A stretch of DNA of 64,000 bases from Mobula hypostoma (GCF_963921235.1 NC_086097.1:18664001-18728000), one strand, 5' to 3'. Positions 23,905-37,865 are shown, counted from the first letter of the stretch. The notes: generated by a model from the sequence alone, not told the origin. Translations and numbers: made by a program.

Positions 23905-24480
23905 AACCCCCAAAGCCAGTAGTGCAGCCTGTTTTTGCTTTCTTTCAAGCTTATATGCTTCACATTGTAAAAGAATTTCAGCTTTCATAATGATGACAAC
24001 ACCTACACACCCCACAGGGATGTTTTCCAACAAGAGACGAGGAATAGTAAAGCATAGGATGCCCAATTTTAAGTTGAGTCAATATAATTCCTTCCCTTCT
24101 TGTCTTACCCCCTTCTCCCATTAATCCAACAGTTATATGTATTTTGTAAAGATGTCTCCCTTATGCCCATAATCCCACAGGTATTGCCATAATCCCCTAA
24201 TTCTTAGCCCCACCAACCCCGTAGCTTCTGATTTGCTAAATGGAAGGTCTATATCCACAGATCAACTTTTAACAGCATTGTCGGTCAAACAATCAACTCA
24301 TTCATTCCCCTCAACACCTCTATGTGCTGGAACCCATATGAAGCAGACATGTAATCCAATACTTTGAATATGAAGTAAAGTTTGAAGAGCTTCCTGCAGT
24401 AAATCTGACCCACTGCTAGAATGACCTGTTTTAAGACTAGTCAAAGCCAAAAAAGAATCTAAACAAATTGTAACTTTACA

Positions 24481-24577
24481 CTAGGAACTCTGCAGATGCT
24501 GGAAGTTCAAGCAACACACGTCAAAGTTGCTGGTGAACGAAGCAGGCCAGGCAGCGCCTCTAGGAAGAGGTACAGTC
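24481..24577 (-). mobile_element. 97-bp Penelope-derived unit starting at the predicted ribozyme cleavage site
   Basis: 5' end GACTGTACC; flanks ttgtaactttaca / ttttaactttgca (11 of 13 match). Confidence 0.8.
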
Positions 24578-24884
24578 TTTTAACTTTGCAAGGTCAAGTT
24601 TCCTCCACCCACTGTAAGCCCAAAATGATGGCAACAATGCTGCTGTATATACTGATAAATGGTTAGTAATACATTTCTTTATTGTTACCTGCAATTCAGG
24701 CACAAAAACAGCCACACCGGAGTCCAGTGGGTGCATTAGCAGAGCTCCAACAACCCACCATGAAACTCTATTAATTAGAGCATATTTATCCCGCCTTGTC
24801 AGGAGACAGCTGTCCCGCGGTTAAAAACTGTTTGTTTTTTTCACTAAAAGTGCTAGTAACAACTTTAAGAGATAATTCTGTACA

Positions 24885-25728
24885 ATGCCGAGACCTAAGA
24901 GCACCACAGTGAGCCACGTGGCTACAAGACAGAGCCCACAATCTGAAGTTCAAGCCACGCTAACGACACAGACGGACCAAGGCTCCAACATGGAGGATCT
25001 ACTGGATGAGGTTAGTCGTATGAGTTCCACTCTACTCGTGGTGGCTGCTGATGTATCTATGATTAAGGAAACGACAACGGAGTTGAAGAACTCTGTCAAT
25101 GCCATTCAAGAGAGGCTGACGGAAGCCGAGGGCCGTCTCTCCAGTGTGGAGGACACCATTGTGCAACTGGTGGGTGCCAGCGAGCAGAATAAGAAACGCT
25201 TGGACCAGCTGTGGAACCGTGTCGAGGAGCTTGAGAACAAGAGCAGACGCAACAAGGTCAGGCTGATCGGTCTAAAGGAGGGTGCGGAAACGGGCGGTCT
25301 GATTAAGTGTGTGCAAAGAATCATGTCTGAAATATTTGGCGTCGAACTGAATGCAAAGTTTGAGATTGAGAGGGTGCACCAGGCCTCGGCTCCCAGGCCG
25401 GGCGAGGATCGCACCCCCCAGGTTGGTCCTAATACAATTCTTGCGCTCTTTGGCTAGAGAGAAAGTGCTGCAAGCAGCCAAAGCAAAGAGAGGAGTTGAG
25501 TGGGAGGGATGCAAAGTTTCCTTCTTTCCAGATATGTCCAGAGAATTGGCTGAAAAATGGAGGGTATTTACTACGGCTCGGAAAATGCTGCAAAAAATCA
25601 ATGTGAGGTACACACTCGCTTATCCAGCAGTTCTACCCTTCACGTGGAAAGGAAAGAACAAGTTCTTTACTACTGCTGCAGAAGCAGAGAAATTCATTCA
25701 GAAACACTGCGGCATTGGCATTGACTGA
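24885..25728 (+). pseudogene. L1 ORF1p (coiled coil, RRM, CTD), one frameshift
   Basis: LENKSRRNKVRLIGLKEG, EIERVH, FFPDMS and YPAVL; frameshift in the C-run at ~25415. Confidence 0.88.
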
Positions 25729-26140
25729 GAGACAGGATTTGATCACAGTAATAAGTGGAGATAACTTTTTAGGTATAACAGGGTGGGTAGGGAGCTGGAT
25801 GAAGCAGACTGATTAGAGTCTTGCTAGCTGGCACGGCATTTTGCAGACCATATCATGTGTCTTTTTCTCTTCTGTTTCTTTGTGGAGCTTATCGTTCCTG
25901 TTTGTTTTTATTTGTTAGTTAATCTGGCAGGAATATATTATTTATATGTTTTTGGGTTATGTTGGTTGTTTACTTGTTGTTTGAAAGCGCAGTATTTCCA
26001 GTGTTTTTTGGTAATAATTGAGCGGGGGATAGAGTACAGCAGGGTTTTTTTTTGGACTATTTTTTCGGAGTTATTGCATTTCAAACTCAGCCATCCGGGA
26101 AAATGTATATTTTTGCACATGTGCGCATGAAGTTTAGGAC

Positions 26141-29100
26141 ATGAAAATGGTTAATTTCATATCATGGAACATTAATGGATGTGGAAACCCAATCAAGAGG
26201 AAAAAGAATTTATCATACCTTAAAGGTAAACAAATTGATGTTGCATTTGTCCAGGAAACACATTTTAAAGATGTTGAAGCACTGAAATTTAGAAGAGATT
26301 GGGTGGGCCAGGTATTCTATTCATCACTTAATAGCAAACAAAATCGGACAATGATTTTAATTAACAGAAAACTTAATTTTGTATTGCTTGGAGAATTTAA
26401 AGACAAGGAAGGCAGGATAATTTGTATAGATGCACTTATTAATGGGGTGAAAGCAGTACTTTGTAACATATATGCACCGAATAAGGAAGACGCATTCTTA
26501 ACAAGGTGAATGAAATTTTAGGCAGCAAGGAAGGAAAAATAATTTTAGCAGGAGACTTTAACCAAGTAATGGACCCTGTTATTGATAAAAGCAAATTTCA
26601 GACATCACCAATACCCAGGGATAGGGCTGCCTTACATCAACTTATTGAGGATATCGGTCTGGTGGATATATGGCGATTGGTGAATCCATCTGGAAAAGAA
26701 TATACATTTTTCTCTCATTGACATAAATCCTACTCTAGAATAGATTTTTTTTCTAATATCCAACTCTATTGTTGAACAGGTGATAGACTGTAAAATTGGC
26801 CCAACAGCATTATCAGACCATGCACCGGTTGAAATTCAAATTGATTTAAATACTGAAAGGGGAAGGAGGGGTAGATGGCGAATGAATACTATGCTTTTAA
26901 AAGATGAGATTTCAGTGATGAGCTGGCGGAGGATCTGACTTTGTTTTTTGAATTAAACGAAGGGACTACAGTAAAGCTGTCCTCGGTGTAGGAGGCATCC
27001 AAGGCGTATATAAGAAGAAAATTAATAGCACAAACATCTAAAAGGAAGGAAGAAAGTATGGAACAAATAAAAAATCTAGAGGCAGAAATAACCACATTGG
27101 AAAAGGTTTTAGCAAGACAATATACCGATGACTTATAAAAGAACTGTGCAATTTGAAATTCTAGCTAAATAACTTATATAACAAAGAAGCAGAATATGCA
27201 TTGTTTAGATTAAAAACAAATTTCTATGAAGTTGGTGACAAAGCTAGTAAGCTGCTGGCACGATATTTAAAGCAGCAGAATACTAATAGTGTTACACCTG
27301 TAATTAAGAAAGGGGATACATTAGTCTAAAGAAATAAACAAAGTCTTTCGACAGTTCTATGAACATATTTAACCATGACCAGGAGGAGCTGAATCAATTT
27401 TTTGCTAACATAAAATTGCCTACATTATCCCCACAACAAGCTGAGTCCTTGGATGCCCCAATTACTGAGGATGAGGTCAGACGGGCTATTGCGACTATGA
27501 AAATGAGGAAATCTCCGGGTATGGATGGCTTCCCAGTTGAATATTATAAGAAATTTCTGGACACATTGGCTCCTATTCTAACAAAAATCTATTCAGAAGC
27601 ACTTAATTTGGAATCTTTACTGAATACATTTAATGAAGCATTAATATAATTGATCCCAAAAAAAGACAAGGAGGCAATAAATCCCTCCAATTATAGGCCT
27701 ATAAGCTTAATTAAGATACTGACTAAAATACTGGCTTTGCAATTACAGAAAGTATTGCCATCTATAATTAATACTGACCAGGTTGGCTTCATTAAAGGCA
27801 GATCCTCAACTGACAATTTAAGGAGATTACTGCACTTAATATGGCTGAACTCCCCAAGTAGTATCCCAGTTACTGCCATCTCCCTGGGTGCCGAAAAGGC
27901 CTTTGACAGGGTTGAGTGGAGATTTCTAACCACAGCCTTGTCATTCCTTGGGTTTGGCTCTATCTTTAAATCATGGATTAGAATTTTGTATAAAAACCCT
28001 AAGGCTGCAGTTATTACAAATGGTATCATATCCCCATTTTTCAACATCTCACGGGGTATACACCAAGGCCGCTCCCTCTCCCCACTGTTATTTACGATTT
28101 TTTTGGAACCGCTGGCAATCATGATGAGAGCAGATCCAAATGTTAGAGGAGTGAAGGGAGACGGAAAGGAGCATAAGCTGATGTTATATGCTGACGATAT
28201 TTTATTACTGATTAGTGACCCTTCTAACTCCTTACCCCCACTAATGAAAACAATTCAATTTTACTCTGAGGTATCTGGTTATAAAATCAACTGCAATAAA
28301 TCTGAGGCTATGCCAATGTCAAAATTGTGTTTTTCAAATTCAGTATCTCAGTTTAATTTCAGATGGGTGCCAGTTGGATGAAGTATCTAGGGGTCAAACT
28401 TAATCAGAATTTGGAGGAAATAATTGCTTTAAATTATGACCCATTATTGAGTAGGAAAAGAAATAATCTGGATAAGTGGGGGGCACTGAGATTGTCACTC
28501 TGGGGTAAAGTCAATGTAGTTAAAATGGTCATAGCACCTCAGTTTAACTATCTTTCTATGATGCTTCCTTTAAATAGATCAGATTTGATCTACAAGCAAT
28601 ACAACAAAATTATCAGGGATTTTCTATGGGATAAGAAGAAGCCCAGAATTAAATTGAGTACAATGTGTATGTCCAGAGACATGGGTGGGCTCAGTCTACC
28701 AAATGTCAAGCCATATAAATAATCCTTTGAAATGGCCAAGTTAGCTAAACATTGGGACAGGGCTGATGTTAATTATAGAACGGAGCCTGGCTGCACCACG
28801 TTCTCCCCTTAACATCCACTCACAACATGTGGAAAACAAGACTAAACTAAATCCTATACTATCTCACTCAAGGAGCGTGTGGAGTACAATTCATAAAGCT
28901 TGTAGAATGTCACATTTAAACCAGTTATGCTCCTCGCTCCGGAATATCCCTGAGATACGCATTGGGAAAAGAATGGTGTACTGGAAAGAATGGAAGATTA
29001 AAGGTGTAGGTACAGTAGGTGATCTCTGTGAGAATGGGATTATTATGTCATATGTGGATTTGCAGAGGAAATATAACTTTGTAGATAAAGGGAATTTTTG

Positions 29101-29831
29101 GAAGTATTTGCAAAAAAGACATTGCGTTAGTAGCATATTCAAGAACGATGACCCACAAAGCAACCCTTTAACTGAATACATTACCACAGGAAGTTCATAA
29201 AGCGTCAGTGTTTTATAAAATGTTCAAGCATTCTGTGGGTGGATCGTGTAACAATCTCAAAGCAGTATGGCAGAAGGATCTTGGAAGCGATATTGAAGAT
29301 AATGAGTGGTCAAATATTTTATCAAATGTGGGTAGACATATTAGGGAAGCGAGAGGGAAATTTATTCAATATAAGATAGTACACAAATATTATTGGACAA
29401 CAACTAGACTCTACAAAATGGGGATTGTTGATAATAATTTATGCTGGAAATGTAAAAATGAGGTGGGCACATATTTTCACATGATCTGGGAGTGTTCCAT
29501 GGTTCATCTATTTTGGTGTAAAGTTCTTGATTTGTTGGGGAGTTGGTCGGGTTCCACAGTGCCCTTGTGCCCATGGCTTTGTCTCCTGGGTGATAGGACA
29601 ATGTTACCTAATGTAAACAATGACAAGTTCACTACTTTGAAGGTGGGTCTCATCATAGCTGAAAGAATTGTATTGCAAAACTGGAAAAAAACCCAGATGT
29701 CCCACTGTGAAGGAATGGACTGAGGAAATGATTAAGATTTCATCACATGAACACATGTTGGGAAGAATTAACAGTGAGGGAAAAGTGCAAGACATGTGGG
29801 ATCAATTTTGGTTGTATGTTAATTTAAACTT
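26141..29831 (+). pseudogene. L1 ORF2p (APE endonuclease, RT, CCHC), several frameshifts and stops
   Basis: SWNING, VQETH, GDFN, SDH, KSPGMDG, YRPISL, QG..LSPLLF, YADD and CWKC...HMIWEC. Confidence 0.92.
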
Positions 29832-30906
29832 AAATTAGAACTTCTTTCTGTTTCTAAGTTTTACTTGTTTTCCTATCATGGGATGGCTGTGTAAATATGC
29901 TGTACTGCATCTACTCTATGATATGCTGTGCTGCTTTGTAAAATAAGAATAAATAATAATAAAAATTTGAATTACAAAAAAAACAGCCACACCAACATCC
30001 CCAGTAAATTATCTCTTGATCCATCAGTAAAAATGGTTAGCATATCACAATAATTTTTCTTAATATATTGATGAACCAACAGACTCTCAGGCATATCAGG
30101 ATCATTGGACTTCATTAAATCATGCAACCTAAAATCAACTAATGACTTTGGAAAGAAACACAGTGGGGTTACTGAAAAATCTACAGTGGAACATATTGCA
30201 TAATCCAGCAAACCCGTATTCCTAGCATGGTAAGATCCCAGCTACCCAAAACTAAAAATCACTCTATTTGTGACGTTCCGAACAGTCTTCCAACAGACTT
30301 TTAATGGGTGATCATTCCTCTACCCCCTCAAATTAATCCAGTACCTTAGCAACAACTTCAGCCTTTGCAACTGTCAAGGGTAATTGTCCCATTTCAAGCA
30401 GTAAAACTGAAACAAGAGACAACCTTACTGCACCACACACAGTCTTAAAATCTGTGCTTGTATCACATCCAAACATCTTGAATTTGGAGATTAAGCAGAT
30501 CCATTAGCCACACAGTCAAAATCAAGTGCAGATCTTAGTAAACAAATAAAAATGTTCAACAGAGATTCTCGTCCAGCACCCCAAGCATACCCACATAGAC
30601 ACCTAAGGATATTTAATGTTCCTTTATATTTATTAGCAAAATAATTGACACGGTACTTCCATGTCAGCTTATTATCCAGCCACATGTCAAGAAATCTTAA
30701 CACTGACACTTCTTCGAGAGTTTGACCATATCATTTCAAATTAATTGCAGGTTTATTTTTCCTCATTGTAAAACACACAACTTGTGTTTTAGCTACTGAA
30801 AGCTTAAAACCCCATCTATTTCCTTCTTTTTGACCTTATTAATCTCTAATTGCCTCCTATATACAGTTAAATTGAAATTTCTATCTCTGATCCATAAAGC
30901 TCTATC

Positions 30907-31479
30907 AAAGCTATATAGGACCCTGGTCAGACCCCACTTGGAGTACTGTGCTCAGTTCTGGTCGCCTCACTACAGGAAGGATGTGGAAACCATAGAAAGG
31001 GTGCAGAGGAGGTTTACAAGGATGTTGCCTGGAATGGGGAGCATGCCTTATGAAAACAGGTTGAGTGAACTCAGCCTTTTCTCCTTGGAGCGACAGAGGA
31101 TGAGGTTGACCTGATAGAAGTGTACAAGATAATGAGAGGCATTGATCGTGTGGATAGTCAGAGGCTTTTCACCAGGACTGAAATGGCTAGCACGGGAGAG
31201 CATAGGTTTAAGGTGCTTGGAAGTATGTACAGAGGAGATGTCAGGGGTAAGTTTTTTTACACAGAGAGTGGTGAGTGCATGGAATGAGCTGGCCGGTGGC
31301 AGTAGTGGAGGTGGAAACGATAGGGTCTTTTAAGAGACTCCTGGATTTGTACGTGGAGCTTAGAAAAATAAAGGGCTATGAGTAAAAGCATAAGTAGTTC
31401 TAAGGTAGGGACATGTTCAGCACAGCTTTGTGGGCCGAAGGGCCTGTATTGTGCTGTATGTTTTCTATGTTTTTATGTT
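30907..31479 (+). mobile_element. CR1 3' fragment inserted at the Nimb RT FAD motif
   Basis: RPHLEYCAQFWSP; tctatc on both sides; (tctatgtt)-type tail. Confidence 0.9.
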
Positions 31480-31765
31480 TCTATCTGCAAAATGTGATTT
31501 ACCCATCCCAGTACCTATCGCAAAGAAAATATCATTAATCATTTTAATCAATAGAAGGCTACAAATACTGTCTTGTGGGGTCCCATTCTCTTTCTCATAG
31601 AAGCCCGAATATTCCTTGCCTATCCTTACCTGCATAGACCATCTAAATAAAAAACTCAGAAAAAAATTATATAAGACAAGACAAAGACAAAGGAGCAGAA
31701 GTAGGCCATTCAGCCCATCGAGTCTGCTCCGCCATTTTATCATGAGCTGATCCATTTTCTCCTAT

Positions 31766-34717
31766 TTAGTCCCACTCCCCTGCCTTCTCACCATAACCTT
31801 TGATGCCCTGGCTACTCAGATACCTATCAATCTCTGCCTTAAATACACCCAATGACTTGGCCTCCACTGCTGCCCATGGCAACAAATTCCATAGATTCAC
31901 CACCCTCTGACTAAAAAAATTTCTTCGCATTTCTGTTCTGAAAGGGCGCCCTTCAATCCTTAAGTCATGCCCTCTCGTACTAGACTCCCCCATCATGGGA
32001 AACAACTTTGCCACATCCACTCTGTCCATGCCTTTTAACATTCGAAATGTTTCTATGAGGTCTCCCCTCATTCTTCTAAACTCCAAGGAATACAGTCCAA
32101 GAGCGGACAAACGTTCCTCATATGTTAACCCTCTCATTCCCGGAATCATTCTAGTGAATCTTCTCTGTACCCTCTCCAAAGTCAGCATATCCTTTCTTAA
32201 ATAAGGAGACCAAAACTGCCCACAGTAGTCCAAGTGACGTCTCACCAGAGCCTTATAGAGCCTCAGCATCACATCCCGCTCCTATACTCTATTCCTCTAG
32301 AAATGAATGCCAACATTGCATTCGCCTTCTTCACTACTGACTCAACCTGGAGGTTAACTTTAAGGGTATCCTGTACGAGGACTCCCAAGTCCCGTTGCAT
32401 CTCAGAACTTTGAATTCTTTCCCCATTTAAATAATAGTCTGCCCGTTTATTTTTTTCTGCCAAAGTGCATAACCATACACTTTCCAACATTGTACTTCAT
32501 TTGCCACTTCTCTGCCCATTCTTCCAATCTATCCAAGTCTCTCTGCAGATTCTCCGTTTCCTCAGCACTACCGGCCTTTCCACCTATCTTTGTATCATCA
32601 GCAAACTTAGTTACAAAGCCATCTATTCCATAATCTAAATCGTTGATGTACAATGTAAAAAGAAGCGGCCCCAACACGGACCCCTGTGGAACACCACTGG
32701 TAACCGGCAGCCAACCAGAATAGGATCCCTTTATTCCCACTCTCTGTTTCCTGCCAATCAGCCAACGCTCTATCCACGTATGTAACTTTCCTGTAATTCT
32801 ATGGGCTCTTATCTTGTTAAGTAGCCTCATGTGTGGCACCTTGTCAAAGGCCTTCTGAAAATCCAAATATACAACATCCACTGCATCTCCCTTGTCTAGC
32901 CTACAGGTAATTTCCTCAAAAAATTGTAATAGGTTTGTCAGGCAGGATTTTCCTTTAAGGAATCCATGCTGAGTTCTGCCTATCTTGTCATATGCCTCCA
33001 GGTACTCTGTAACCTCATCCTTGACAATCGACTCCAACAACTTCCCAACCACGGATGTCAAGCTAACAGGTCTATACTTTCCTTTTTGCTTCCTTGCCCC
33101 CTTCTTAAATAGCGGAGTGACATTTGCAATCTTCCAGTCCTCCAGAACCATGCCAGAATCTATCGACTTTTGAAAGATCATCGCTAATGCCTCCGAAATC
33201 TCCACAGCTACTTCCTTCAGAACACGAGGGTGCATTCCATCTGGTCCAGGAGATTTATCTACCTTTAGACTATTCAGCTTCCTGAGTACTTTCTCTGTCC
33301 TAATTGTGACTGCGCACACTTCTCTTCCCTGCCACCCTTGAGTGTCCGGTATCCTGCTGTCTTCCTCAGTGAAGACTGATGCAAAATACTTGTTCAGTTC
33401 CTCTGCCATCTCCTCATCTCCCATTACAATTTCTCCAGCATCATTTTCTATTGGTCCTATATCTACTCTCACCTGTCTTTTATTCTTTATATACTTGAAA
33501 AAGCTTTTAGTATCCTCTTCGATATTATTTGCTAGCTTCCTTTCATAGTTAATCTTTTCTCTCTTAATGACCTTCTTGGTTTCCTTTTGTAAGGTTTTAA
33601 AAAATTCCCAATCCTCTCTCTTCCCACTAATTCTTGCTCCCTTGTATGCCCTCTCTTTTGCTTTAACTTTGGCTTTGACTTCTCTTGTCAACCACGGTTG
33701 CATCCTTTTTCCACTCGAAAATTTCTTCCTTCTTGGAATATACCTGTCTTGCACATTCCTCATTTCTCGCATTAACTCCAGCCACTGCTGCTCTGTTGTC
33801 TTTCCCGCCAGTGTCTCTTTCCAGTCAACTTTGGCCAGTTCCTCTCTCATGCCACTGTAATTTCCTTTACTCCACTGAAATACCGACACACCAGATTTCG
33901 GCTTCTCTTTTTCTAATTTCACAGTGAACTCAATCATGTTATGATCACTGCCTCCTAAGGGTTCCTTCACCTCAATCTCTCCAATCACCTCCGGTTCATT
34001 ACACAATACCCGATCCAGTACAGCCGATCCCCTAGTGGGCTCAACAACAAGCTGTTCTAAAAAGCCATCTCGCAGACATTCTACAAATTCTCTCTCTTGA
34101 GATCCAGTGCTGACCTGATTTTCCCAATCTACTCGCATGTTAAAATCCCCCACAATTATCATAACACTGCCCTTCTGACAAGCCTTTTCTATTTCCAGTT
34201 GTAATTTGTAGTCCACATCCCTGCAGCTGTTTGGAGGCCTATAAATAACTGCCATCAGGGTCCTTTTACCCCTGCTATTTCTTAGCTCAACCCATAAAGA
34301 TTCTGCACCTTCCGATCCTATATCACCTCTTTCTAATGATTTAATATCATTTCTTACCAATAAAGCCACGCCTCCCCCTCCGCCTACCTTCCTATCCTTC
34401 CGATACACCGTGTATCCTTGGACGTTCAGCTCCCAGAGACATGCATCCTTTAGCCAGGTCTCAGTGATGGCCACAATATCATACTTGCCAATCTGTAGCT
34501 GTACAACAAGATCATCCACCTTATTCCTTATGCTGCGTGCATTTAAGTACAACACCTTAAGACCAGTATTTGATAATTTTTGCTTTGATTTCACTGCAAC
34601 TTTATTGCGCTGCAACTCATCCCAATGGCTAAAAATTTGCCCCATCACCTGCCTGTCTTTCCTGACATCTTTACTGCTCACTATCTTAGATTTATTTCTG
34701 TTTTCCCCTTCCTCCAC
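31766..34717 (-). pseudogene. CR1 ORF2 (APE endonuclease plus RT); 756 aa open, then two frameshifts near 32450 and 32275
   Basis: YLNARS, ITETW, GDFN, GSDH, KSPGPDG, YRPVSL, DFQKAFD, PQGSVLGP and FADD. Confidence 0.95.
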
Positions 34718-34749
34718 TCTATCATTCCGGTTCCCACCCCCCTGCCAAA

Positions 34750-35288
34750 TTAGTTTAAACCCTCCCTAACAGCTCTGTTAAACTTTCCCGCCAGGATATT
34801 GGTCCCCTTCGGGTTCAGGTGTAACCTGTCCTTTTTGAACAGGTCATACTTCCCCCAGAAGAGATCCCAATTATCCAAGAATCTGAAGCCCTGTCCCCTA
34901 CACCAGTCTCTCAGCCACGCATTCATCTGCCTGATCTGACTACTCTTGCCCTCGCTAGCACGTGGCACAGGTAGCAATCCCGAGATTACTACCCTGGAGG
35001 TCCTGCTTCTCAGCTCCCTTCCTAACTCCTGGAAATCTCTCTTCAGGACCTTCTCCTTTGTCCTATCTATGTCATTGGTATCAACATGTACCAAGACAAC
35101 TGGCTGCTCACCCTCCCCCTTTAGAATATTCAGGACCCGATCCGAGCCATCCTGTACCCTGGCACCTGGGAGGCAACACACCATGCGGGTATCTCTGTCA
35201 GGCTCACAGAATCTCCTGTCTGTTCCCCTGACTATGGAATCCCCCACGACTACCGCATTTCTCTTCTCCCTCCTTCTCTCCTGCTTCC
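34750..35288 (-). pseudogene. CR1 ORF1 SGNH/GDSL esterase domain, 5' truncated
   Basis: VVGDS, CLPGA, HVDTND and DRLHLN blocks; the first ~14 residues of the listed ORF come from flanking Nimb. Confidence 0.85.
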
Positions 35289-37865
35289 TATATAGGCTTC
35301 CTATCACTCCTAATTTCTGTAATTTAATCAATTGACCCTTCCTCCATAAAGGATCAGATCATTTTTTAATATCAGAAAATACTGCTGTTACAATTTCTTT
35401 ATTTACCTGTGGTTTCCTAATATCATCTTCGAAACATAAAATTTGAACCCAATGTCATTCTGCAATTCCAAATTCCGCTCTGATAAAACACTACATCACC
35501 TCTCATTTCCCAAATATAATTCAATTGCCGTATTGTTCCATAAGTTTACACAAAAGGGATGTTAGTGATATGGGTCTATAACTGAAAGGATCTTGGGGGG
35601 GGGGCGGGTTCCCAGGTTTTAGAATAGGCACAATTACTGCCATTTTCCATGAGGAGGGAAGATAGCCTAAACTCCAAATATGATTCAAAAATTTTAATAT
35701 TATCTCAAGAGAGTTGTCAGCCATATGTTTAAATGTACAGTAACATATATCATCCTTTCTCTGAAGCAGTTTGACTTGAACTATTAATAGCATTCTTAAA
35801 TTCACACAAAGAAAACTTCTACATCGCTAGTACAGTTACTGCTACAGCTGGCTTCCAACACATCAGGATATTCACTTAGAGCCTAGTCCCTACATTGTTT
35901 AGCCTCTTCACTTCAATTATTTTGATTAGGAATTGCAGCAAATAATCAAACCAATAACTCAACGTTTTCCATTTCAGTAACAATCATATTACCTTCTTTA
36001 ATCAATACTGGAATGTTATTAGCTCTACAAATCATCCCCCGCCCCCGCAATTTTGTTAATCATTCCCCAACCATCTCCAAGTTTAATAATCCTTCCAAAA
36101 CCACCACAATATGACCTCTAGAAAACCTTTTTCGCAACCGTCACTACTTTTCTCGCCATGGCCTGTGCCCTTTTATACTTAATAAGGTCACTCGGAGAGT
36201 GATACCTCTTAACTTTCCTAAACGCCTTATTTCTCTCCCTAATTGCATCTGCACACTCCTCAGTCCACCTTGGTACAATCTTTCTCCTGTTAATGCCCTT
36301 TCTAATAGGAATCACTTCCACCAGTTTGATGAATAATGTGACGTAACCTTTCATTGTTGAAACCCCCATCACCCTCAACATTCAGTTCTGATTGATATTC
36401 ATCACATAAAACCTTAAACTTCTCTGAATTTGCTTTACCAAAATTGCACCTCCTAAAGGTGGCCTCCAGTCTTCTATATAAATCCAAGCTCAAGCTTATG
36501 AATATAGGAAAATAATCACTTCCCAATGTTTTATCTCGTGTGACATCCCACTCACTCACTCCAGCCAGAACATTCGAAACTAAAGTTAAATCTATAGCAG
36601 TTTCTGACCTATTATGAACATTGACTCTTGTACTCCTCCCATCATTAAGAAACACAAGCTGGGAAATATTTAAAAATTCTTCTACAATCAAACCGTTACC
36701 ATCATTCTGCGAACAACCCCACAGTGGACTATGCGCAAAAATCCCCACACCATACAACCCTTAATGAGTTACATGTGTTTTCCTACAAATCAATCGAAAG
36801 CTTTCCATAAGGGTTTTAAAAATTTACCACTTTAATGCCCCTACCTGTTGAATCAAATACTTCTGCTACAAGTGCTTTATGCACTTCATTCACATCCATA
36901 ACCCTATGTCCTATCCCTTTCCTTATAAAACTTGCAACATCATACCTTCTAACAACTAACCTATCTCACTTAATTTCAATATAATCCTGCAAGGAAATAC
37001 TTAGATGTGGTAACAACCAGATTTCCTGAATATATATAATATCAGGAGGATCTGATAAATCAGAAATAAACTTCTTACAGTCTTGACCATTGGAAATCCG
37101 GCTTCTCGCATTCCACTGCAATATTCTTAAACCCATTACGTACCTTCACAAGGAGACTGAAATACAGATACCTCACCCGTTAGAGCTTCATTTACAGCTT
37201 CCCACATCACACCAGTTATACCCAAATATTTTTCAGCAGCCTTCAATATAGCTTTAATTTTCTCAGTGTGACTAGATGCTTGAGTAGTACAATTCACCAC
37301 ATCTGTTATAAATTCATCACAAACTTCATTCTATCAACAAGTAAAGTGTCTTTGGTAAGAAAAGTACAATGCCAACATGTAGCCTCAGACTTCACATTCT
37401 GTTCTCTGACTAATAATACTTTATCAACATTTGGTTTATCTTTTTGCAAGGCCCCTGCATAAGACACTGTACATTAACTGGTTGAACTTCAGCTGCCTTC
37501 TTAAGCACTTCACATCCTCTGTAAGTTGCACTATGTTCCCCTCCGCAATTACAACAATTAAACTTTCCGCCTTCACAATCTTCATACTTATGTCCCCCAC
37601 CACACTTACTACATCTTAGTTTCCCATGACATACTGCTGCAACATGCCCAAACCCCTGACATTTCTAACATCTAAACGGGGGAGGAATATAAGCTCATAC
37701 ATTATAACTAACATACCCCAAACTAACTTTATCAGGGACATTCACCTCATCAAAATATATCTATAGAGATAACTATTCATCCTTTCCCCATTTCTGACTA
37801 CTTGCAATCTCTTTTCCTCCTTAACCTTGCTTCCCAGTAAATGAGATTTAATCTCTTCTTTCAAA

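Larger units (their letters stand above)
24719..29978 (+). mobile_element. Apparently full-length, decayed L1-clade LINE
   Basis: 15-bp TSD aaaaacagccacacc at 24704-24718 and 29979-29993; ORF1 plus ORF2; AATAAA and A-rich tail. Confidence 0.93.
31674..35288 (-). mobile_element. Young, nearly intact CR1 LINE (ORF1 3' part plus whole ORF2)
   Basis: TSD tatata at 31668-31673 and 35289-35294; Nimb RT reads through across the insertion. Confidence 0.95.

Noticed and set aside
23643..23963. Same peptide (LVNAAGQAASIGRGAVDVSGRD) encoded on both strands
   Set aside because: Trivial result of the DNA palindrome; the unit is non-coding
34750..35331. Host or horizontally acquired GDSL lipase gene
   Set aside because: It is CR1 ORF1, directly upstream of ORF2 and inside the TSD
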